From Myxococcota bacterium (GTDB taxonomy: Bacteria; Myxococcota_C; UBA6777): DNA of 64,000 nucleotides. Under the pieces are notes generated by a model. It was not told the origin of the DNA. It did not search any database and saw nothing but the letters and a program-made list of their open reading frames with translations. Below are positions 57,713 to 64,000 of the stretch, in pieces. The stretch covers positions 1-64,000 of the forward strand of contig JAKLKB010000019.1 in NCBI GenBank assembly GCA_023150835.1. Direction: 5' to 3'. The translations under genes and the position numbers were made by a program. Each line of letters starts with the position of its first letter. Position 1 is the first letter of the stretch.

Positions 57713-60376
57713 TTAGGGGCGTCCGTCGCGCAACAGCGTCAGCGCGAGATCACCTTTGCTCATCTCGGAGTTGACCCATTTGGTGGAGAAGCCTGCACGG
57801 TCGGCTTCACGGGTCACGCGATTGCCGCGTAGGTCGGCGATAAACTCTTGGGCGCGGCGGAATTCACCCCACACAAACTCGGTCATACGCTGATCTTCGA
57901 GCAGTTGTGTGTGCTTGCCACCGTCTTGGTTGAGGTTGGAAGCAGAGAAGGCCGTCTCACCGAGGGGTTGGCTGGTGTTTGCATCAAAGGTCAGCGCGGA
58001 GCCTCGGGCTTTGGCAAAGTCGTTGAGGGCCGAGAAGAAAGCGTCTTGTTCGGACTTTGGTTTGGCCAAGGTCTCGCGCAGAAGGTTGTGGAATGTTGCG
58101 GGTGCATCGGTGTTTTTGGCGAGGCCGCGTTCGACGGCGTAATCCATAAACAGGCCGCCGCGTGCGTTTTGTACGGCTGCTTGGGCTTTTTCGATGGCTT
58201 CCACGAAAGGCTTTTCATAACCGAGTTCGATCTGCACTTCGTTGACGACGGTGGCATGGAACATCTTGTCGGGTGATACGGGCTTGGCACCCGAACGCTC
58301 TTCGGGGGTGAGGTTTTTCCACGTTTCGGGGGTGTAGTATTCGCTGACATCAAAGGTGTCGATCAAGAAGTTCCAGTTGGTGCGGTCGTTTCCAGCGTAG
58401 GCTTTGCGCATATTGTCGAAGGAGAGCGTACAGGCCGAAGTGCCAGAGGCTTCGATTTGGCGGTGGAGGATATCGAGGTGTTCGTTGACGAGGTGGGTGC
58501 GCAGACCGCGCATGGCGGCGTCTTTGTCGGTGGCGTTTTGGAGGGCGTTTTTGCCGTTGTCGTTGGCGTATTTGGAGAGATCTTGGATGAAGGCGTCTTT
58601 GTCGGGGCCTGCGAGGATCTGATCGAATTTTTGCAAGAAGGGTCCGACGGTTTGGATCTTTTTGAGTTCGGGATAACGCTCGCGCATAAAGGACAAGGTT
58701 TCTGCAGGGAAATTCATCCCACGAGATTCGGGGCCACGAGCGCCTGCGATATCGCGGCGGCTGTTGTCCATCAGGGCGGAGAATTCGTCGTAGGCGCTTT
58801 GGATCTCGTTTGCGACGACATCGCGCTTGGCGGCTTCGAGTTTGTTGGCAGTGACGGCGTTATCGGGCCAAAGTTGTTTGAGGGTGTCGAGGGTGACGCC
58901 GCTTTGAGCGAGCGAGGGATCGAGGGCGATCAGTTTGTCTTTGCAACGTTCGACAAAAGCGCTGCGATCAAGCAGGCTGGTTCCAAGTTGACGGATCTTG
59001 TCGGCCTCGGGGCCGGAGAATCCGCCTTTTTGCAAGAGGTCAAGGGTTTCGCGGATCTTGGGTTCGCCTGTGTTGCGAAAGAGGTCGACGGTCGAACTGC
59101 GCGAGGTTTCGTTGAGGTGGAAGCGGCTACGGGTTGAACGTACATGGGCTTTGTCTTCGAGCAAGAGCACATCTTTGTGCTCGCCGATATCGGGAAGTGC
59201 GCCTTTTTCGTTGAGAGCGTTGTAGACGATGCCCATCGCTTCGATGGGTTTGGGGGTTCCGCCCCATTCCCATGTGGACATCCCGCTGCGGATGGTTTCG
59301 TCAAGGCCGTTGACATCGGCTTCGGAAGGGTTGTCTTTGCGGACGTCGGCTTTGTCGGCGGCTTTCATCCCGCTTTCATCGACGTTGGAGCCGACTTTGG
59401 ATTGGATCAGCACGCGCCGAACACCGCTTGGTTCGGGGGTTGGTTCATCGCGGCGGATGCGTGCGCGAACGGACATATCGTTGTTGAGCAGAGAAAAATC
59501 TTTGGTGTCGTAATAAGTGTCTTCGTTGTAGTCGGTCCCAAGGGAGACTTCGTGCTGTCCGCTGCGTTCGTCGAGTTCCATTCGGCCTGATTCGACGGTG
59601 AGCGAGATGTGAGGATTGGCTTCGCGGACGCGGTGTGCATCGCTGTCCCAACGCATCTCATCGAGGCTCATTCCGTTGTAGCCGATGGTAAAGGCTTCGG
59701 CATCTTTGGCTTTTTGCATACGATCAAGGGCGCTTCTGCCGCTGCGGTCGGTGCGCAAAAGCTCGACAAGCTGGTCTTTGTTGAGACCATCAAGGCGGCG
59801 GACGGATTCGAACTCTTGACCATTTCGACCGACTTGTGGGCGCATCCCTGCGAAGGTGGTGGCGCTCATAAACGGCACACCTTCGAGCGGATCAGCTTGT
59901 ACGGGATCACGAGACAGCAAAAGGCCGAGTACACTGGTGGAACCTTCGGTGCGTGTGGCTTTTCCGAAGGGTGTGTAACCAGAGGCATAGCGATGTTCGG
60001 TTCGATCGAGTCCAAGGGCTTTTCCGAGCTCGCTCGAAGCGCGCAGATCGACGGCGGTTCCAGCTTTGACTTTGGAGGTATCTTTGACGATATCATCGAG
60101 GGCTTGCATCAGGTCGCTGAAATAGGAGCGGATATCTTTTCCGGCGGGGAGTCCGACTTCTTGGGCGACTTGTGCGGGGTTGGAACGGTATCGATCAAAG
60201 AAAGCGTTGAGTTGATCGCTGTTTTTGATCTCTTGGGCGTGGGAGCCTTCGCCGACTTTGATGGAAACGCCCTTTTTTTCGAGTTCTTGGCCGACGGCTT
60301 TGAGCCATGCGTCGCGGTTTTGTCCGATCAGGTCTTTGCGGAACTCGTAGCCGTATTTGGTGTGGATCGTGGACAT
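57713..60376 (-). CDS. Large protein with a split CYTH-like (triphosphate tunnel) domain
   Basis: EDTYYDTKDFSLL....VRARIR...IQSK and distal EVQIEL; no signal peptide. Confidence 0.6.
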   Translation of the reverse strand: MSTIHTKYGYEFRKDLIGQNRDAWLKAVGQELEKKGVSIKVGEGSHAQEIKNSDQLNAFFDRYRSNPAQVAQEVGLPAGKDIRSYFSDLMQALDDIVKDTSKVKAGTAVDLRASSELGKALGLDRTEHRYASGYTPFGKATRTEGSTSVLGLLLSRDPVQADPLEGVPFMSATTFAGMRPQVGRNGQEFESVRRLDGLNKDQLVELLRTDRSGRSALDRMQKAKDAEAFTIGYNGMSLDEMRWDSDAHRVREANPHISLTVESGRMELDERSGQHEVSLGTDYNEDTYYDTKDFSLLNNDMSVRARIRRDEPTPEPSGVRRVLIQSKVGSNVDESGMKAADKADVRKDNPSEADVNGLDETIRSGMSTWEWGGTPKPIEAMGIVYNALNEKGALPDIGEHKDVLLLEDKAHVRSTRSRFHLNETSRSSTVDLFRNTGEPKIRETLDLLQKGGFSGPEADKIRQLGTSLLDRSAFVERCKDKLIALDPSLAQSGVTLDTLKQLWPDNAVTANKLEAAKRDVVANEIQSAYDEFSALMDNSRRDIAGARGPESRGMNFPAETLSFMRERYPELKKIQTVGPFLQKFDQILAGPDKDAFIQDLSKYANDNGKNALQNATDKDAAMRGLRTHLVNEHLDILHRQIEASGTSACTLSFDNMRKAYAGNDRTNWNFLIDTFDVSEYYTPETWKNLTPEERSGAKPVSPDKMFHATVVNEVQIELGYEKPFVEAIEKAQAAVQNARGGLFMDYAVERGLAKNTDAPATFHNLLRETLAKPKSEQDAFFSALNDFAKARGSALTFDANTSQPLGETAFSASNLNQDGGKHTQLLEDQRMTEFVWGEFRRAQEFIADLRGNRVTREADRAGFSTKWVNSEMSKGDLALTLLRDGRP

Positions 60377-60501
60377 CGTGGGCCTTTCTTTTTGAAACAA
60401 GCGCCAACGCGCCCTTCCTTCGGGGAGAATGGGGCGGTATGGTGGTGGGTCGTGTGGGCGCTTTGTTTGGAGGTGTGTCGCGTTTGGGAAACTGTCTTGC
60501 G

Positions 60502-60528
60502 TTATCGGATCGAATTGGAAAAAGTTTC
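60502..60528 (-). promoter_or_regulatory. Sigma28 (FliA/WhiG)-like promoter
   Basis: GAAACTTT-N11-TCCGATAA versus consensus TAAAGTTT-N11-GCCGATAA. Confidence 0.6.
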
Positions 60529-60535
60529 GGCGCTC

Positions 60536-61534
60536 TTAGCGTTGGACGTCGATCTTCCACATCCGCTGATCTCCGTCAGAGACCATCCAAAGGGTGTTTT
60601 CTCCGTCAAAGGACAGCCCTTCTGGCTTGGCGTGTTTGGGCAGATCGAGCGTTGTATGCCCGAGGTATTCGAGTTCGACCTGTTCGAGCAGCGCGCCCGG
60701 GGCTGAGCGATGGCGAGATTGGATCGCCAACTCGGCGATGGTGCGGGACTCATCGCTGAGAAGGAAGAGGTGGCCGGTTTTGGGGCAGATGGCGATATCG
60801 CTGAGATCGGCGAGGTGTTCTTTGACTTCGTTGGGCAGTTTGAGCAGGTGGGCGGTGGTCAGGTCAGGGAGTGCAAAGATACCGATCTGGCGGGGTTCTC
60901 CTTCGTGGATGGCGACAATGTGTTGTTTGCCATCGGCGGAAAAGCGCGCAGGAAGGATATCAAGACCTTCCCATCCTTTGTTGTGGGTGTCGCCGAGGGT
61001 CGGCAGGCGACCGAGCCGTTCGGCCTCTCCGAGCTTGGGGTGGCCTTTTTTGTCGAAGGAGAGGGGGACGGCGTACACAGCCCGCGAGTCTTCGGAGAGT
61101 GTGTAGGCGGTTTTGCCATCTTCGGACAAGCAAAGCCCTTCGATACCTTGGGCGGCTTTGTGTTTGGAGCCGATCTGTTTGGTGGTTTCGCCTTGGTGGG
61201 TTTGATAGAACAGGCCCTTGTCGTCGTCTGCGATCAGCCAACCTTTTTTGGTGCGGATGACGCCGCTGGCTTCTTTGGAGCCGAGGGCGTGTTCTTCGGT
61301 GATGCGGAGTTGGGCGTGGGTTGGGAGGGGTCGCGAAAGGCTTTTGTAAAGTTGTCGGATGTCTGTTTCTTCGAGTGCATCGCGATGTTGGCGTACAAAG
61401 TCATCGACGAGAGCGCGTTCTTTGGGGGATACGGTGGTTCCTGCGGCTTGGCGGAGCGCGCTAATCTCTTTTTGAGACAAGTGAGGCTTGGAACCCAAGG
61501 CGAGAAGCTGTTGTTGGAGGCGTTGAACAGACAT
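60536..61534 (-). CDS. YjiK/SdiA-regulated-like beta-propeller with extra N-terminal helical domain
   Basis: EASG, EGL, NKGWEGL, DLSD..ICP.TGHLFLLSDES, KPEGLSFD. Confidence 0.75.
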   Translation of the reverse strand: MSVQRLQQQLLALGSKPHLSQKEISALRQAAGTTVSPKERALVDDFVRQHRDALEETDIRQLYKSLSRPLPTHAQLRITEEHALGSKEASGVIRTKKGWLIADDDKGLFYQTHQGETTKQIGSKHKAAQGIEGLCLSEDGKTAYTLSEDSRAVYAVPLSFDKKGHPKLGEAERLGRLPTLGDTHNKGWEGLDILPARFSADGKQHIVAIHEGEPRQIGIFALPDLTTAHLLKLPNEVKEHLADLSDIAICPKTGHLFLLSDESRTIAELAIQSRHRSAPGALLEQVELEYLGHTTLDLPKHAKPEGLSFDGENTLWMVSDGDQRMWKIDVQR

Positions 61535-61749
61535 GTTGGATGCCCTTGTCGTGCAAAGTGGGGAGAGTGTTCGGTGGATTGGACGACAAGTCGATGTTTC
61601 ATGTCAAGGATTTTTTGTCACGCGATTGTCACATGATTGCAGGCGAGATGTTTCACAAGCGGGGCGGGAAGAAGAGGGCGATGATCTCGATAGGAGTGAC
61701 GCAGTATAATTCGCGGAAGGGTTGTTTTTGGGGTGGGTTGTCTCGGTGC

Positions 61750-62424
61750 TCAGGTGGCTTTTTGTGCGACGAGGCGGTATTCAAAGCGCAAAGCCCCGTT
61801 GAGAAGGACTTGTTTGAGTTGGCAGCCGCTGGACCATTGGATCTGGATGCGGCCTTCAAAGCGGTTGTTGAACTTGTTGCCTTGGAGTTGGCCGGTGCCG
61901 CTGATGTAGCTTTCTTCGACGCGGACACATTCGATGTTGGGGATGCCTTTGAGGCGCATGGGTTCGCGGATACCGAGGGTGAATTGAAGGCGCGTGCCAT
62001 CAATAAACCCTTCGAGTTTCACAGATTCACCGGCGGCGGAGGCTTCGACATCAAAGCGATTGTTGGCGGTTTGGTTGAGTTGGGGCATGGTGATCGAGGC
62101 GGTGCCTGAGGTGGCTCTGAGAGGGCAGATCCTGTAATCGGTGCATAGGCAAAGTCGTTTGTTGGAAGCGGTGCATCCGTCGTTTCGGATGTCAACGGTG
62201 AGGGCGCCATCTTGGCTTTCAAAGACGCCTGTTTCTTTTTGGGGCAGTTCTGCGCCGCCAAGCAACAAACGAAGCTCGGAAAACTGGAGGTTGTAATTGC
62301 CGGGGATGGCTTTGGCGACTTCGGGATCGATGGGAGTGGGGATCGGGTTGAGGCCCACACACCCGATGTATAGGGGAAGATAGAGAACGACAAAAAGCAA
62401 AGACACAAAGCGAAAGGTGTGCAT
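61750..62424 (-). CDS. Hypothetical lipoprotein
   Basis: AAGGAGG RBS; signal ending YIG-C. Confidence 0.65.
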   Translation of the reverse strand: MHTFRFVSLLFVVLYLPLYIGCVGLNPIPTPIDPEVAKAIPGNYNLQFSELRLLLGGAELPQKETGVFESQDGALTVDIRNDGCTASNKRLCLCTDYRICPLRATSGTASITMPQLNQTANNRFDVEASAAGESVKLEGFIDGTRLQFTLGIREPMRLKGIPNIECVRVEESYISGTGQLQGNKFNNRFEGRIQIQWSSGCQLKQVLLNGALRFEYRLVAQKAT

Positions 62425-62509
62425 GAAGACCTCCTTGATCGGTTGGACAGCCACACAACAACATAGGCGATCTTTTGTTGTGTGCCAAATCTTTGTGGAC
62501 GCCTTCTGT

Positions 62510-62989
62510 TTGGGAAAAAGTTTCTTGTTGGATCTTGCGTGGTGGGCATTGACGCGGCGCTGGTTGAGGGAGGTCAACACCAAGATGCTTTCAGGATACC
62601 CTGTAAAGCCGCGAAATACAAAAGAGAAAGCAACTTTAGAATTCAGCCTTTCAGCCAAAACCAAATCTGCGGTTCGCTACGAAAGCACATACAACCCAAG
62701 GGACGAGGCGTGGGCAGGAAAAGCAGGGCGGCCTTGGAATCCCGGTCTGGTGATCTATGCCCATTCGGACGGCGGATTTTCTGTTTGGGATCCAGCGCGT
62801 AATTATTGGAAAAAGAAAGGGAACGTAGACGTCCAAGAGCGCCTTCCTGCATACGTTTTTACTGCATCGGAGGTGTGGGATGGTTTGTGGGTGGATGAAG
62901 ACGGCCAACGGCGCACACCGATCTGTAACGGTTTGTTGTACGATTGGGCGAGTTGGATACGAGAAAAAGGAAAAGAAGCGGACGCGATG
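62510..62989 (+). pseudogene. Internal fragment of an ABC/AAA-type ATPase gene
   Basis: Begins at LGKSFLLD (second half of a Walker A) with no start; no Walker B. Confidence 0.6.
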
Positions 62990-62990
62990 C

Positions 62991-63530
62991 CAACAATGGC
63001 TGCAAGCGCACCCCGACGCGGCGAGGCCTCGCGATTATTGGTCTCCGTTTCGCTCGGCGTTGGCGGAGGGATTTCGAAATCTTTGCGCTTACGGTGCCAT
63101 GTACGAACCTTCGGGCCAAGTCGATCATTTTGTGAGTTGGGACGAAGATCCGAGCCTTGCTTTTCGGTGGGAGAATTATCGCTACGCATCGGGTTGGTTG
63201 AATGCAAGCAAAAAAAACCTTCGATCTTCGGATCTGTTGGATCCTTTTATCGTGCAGGATGGTTGGTTTGAGATATCTCTGCCTTCTCTTCAGTTGTTGG
63301 TTTCTGCCTCGATTCCTCCAACCATCAGGGCCAAAGCAGAGAATTTGTTGACACGCCTTCATTTGCGCGATGATGAGCGCGTGATTCGTCAACGTCGTGT
63401 GTGGCTTGATCTGTATGAAAAAGGAGATCTGAGTTTGTCAGGCTTGCGTGTGATGGCTCCGCTGGTTGCGGATGCGGTGGAAAAGCAGGCCAAAAATTGC
63501 GTCTCGAATAAGAGTGACGCAGTTCGATAG
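62991..63530 (+). pseudogene. 5'-truncated HNH-like nuclease gene
   Basis: LCAY...VDHF...LAFRWENYRY...LN..K, LLDPF; joined out of frame to the ATPase fragment. Confidence 0.6.
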
Positions 63531-63545
63531 CTTTTGTGGGGTGTC

Positions 63546-63660
63546 ATACGAAATCCGCAGGGCGCGTGATCGTAAAAACGTAGGGGCGTCCCCTCGTGGC
63601 TGCCCAATAATCGGGCGTTTACGTACGACCCTTCGTGTACACATCACTCGGATATCGTAT
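63546..63660 (+). repeat. Family 1 element (copy G), inserted in the hairpin loop of a family 2 element
   Basis: ATACGAAATCCG...GTAGGGGCG...CGGATATCGTAT flanked by TGTGGGGTG and CACCCCACA. Confidence 0.85.
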
Positions 63661-63766
63661 CACCCCACACCCCACAAGGGAGCGCCGCCCCCTTGACCCC
63701 GTACGGGCGAAAAGATCACTGTTTTTCACACAGGCGACTCTGTCGCTTGAGGAAGCGCGAACGCGG
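63661..63766 (-). repeat. Family 2 element (copy e; terminal arm displaced to 63535-63543)
   Basis: CACCCCACACCCCACAAGGG..CCCCTTGACCCCGT...CTGTCGCTTGA..GCGAACGCGG. Confidence 0.8.
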
Positions 63767-63835
63767 CTTTTTTGGCAACTGCGTAAGTCCTATCGAATTC
63801 CGCTGAGTGAACGAAGCATCATCCCGAATCGTGTT

Positions 63836-64000
63836 TTAGCGGAGTTGTGCGGCCATGATCTCGTCGTTGAGCGGGGAGAGGAGTTGGACGTCGAGGATCT
63901 GGTTGTAGAGATCGCGGGGGACGCGGGTTTGGACGCGGATGTAGTGGTCGGTGAGACCTTGCCAAAGTGTGCCGGAGTCATCTTGATCGAGAGATTGTTC
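63836..64000 (-). CDS. 3' end (TRAM-like domain) of a tRNA methylthiotransferase, probably MtaB; missing from ORF track
   Basis: Manual translation EQSLDQDDSGTLWQGLTDHYIRVQ...LYNQILDVQL...AQLR* resembles the MtaB GxTxNYIRV motif. Confidence 0.6.
   Translation of the reverse strand, partial: EQSLDQDDSGTLWQGLTDHYIRVQTRVPRDLYNQILDVQLLSPLNDEIMAAQLR

Noticed and set aside
62471..62487. Sigma54 promoter (TGGCAC on the minus strand)
   Set aside because: No GC at the -12 position.
62417..63271. Intact 284-aa gene
   Set aside because: Chimera of intergenic sequence, the ATPase fragment and out-of-frame HNH sequence.

Overview
Chromosomal window from a bacterium that looks like a member of Myxococcota. 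That call is inferred from pilC-pilS-pilR with class IVa pilins and a PilG-like gene, MYXO-CTERM-like tails, and many Cys-rich lipoproteins. Housekeeping content: a lone ftsW, maf-yggS, kynA, rpsB-tsf-pyrH-frr-cdsA-rseP-tsaB, and the 3' end of a probable mtaB. Accessory content: a three-pilin locus with a readable sigma54 promoter and a triple palindromic enhancer; six large Cys-rich surface proteins; a eukaryote-type phosphoethanolamine N-methyltransferase-like gene; a chlorophyllase-like lipoprotein; and a decayed ATPase+HNH cassette. The best candidate for an undescribed system is a cluster of three genes without signal peptides (56.4-61.5 kb), two of which share an N-terminal domain, behind sigma28-like promoters. 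These may be secreted effectors. Non-coding DNA holds two families of dispersed ~110-125 bp hairpin elements (one copy nested in the other family's hairpin loop) and two unrelated spacer-less 41-bp tandem arrays. I saw no CRISPR array, rRNA, tRNA or transposase. All family assignments come from motif recognition by eye, not from database searches.
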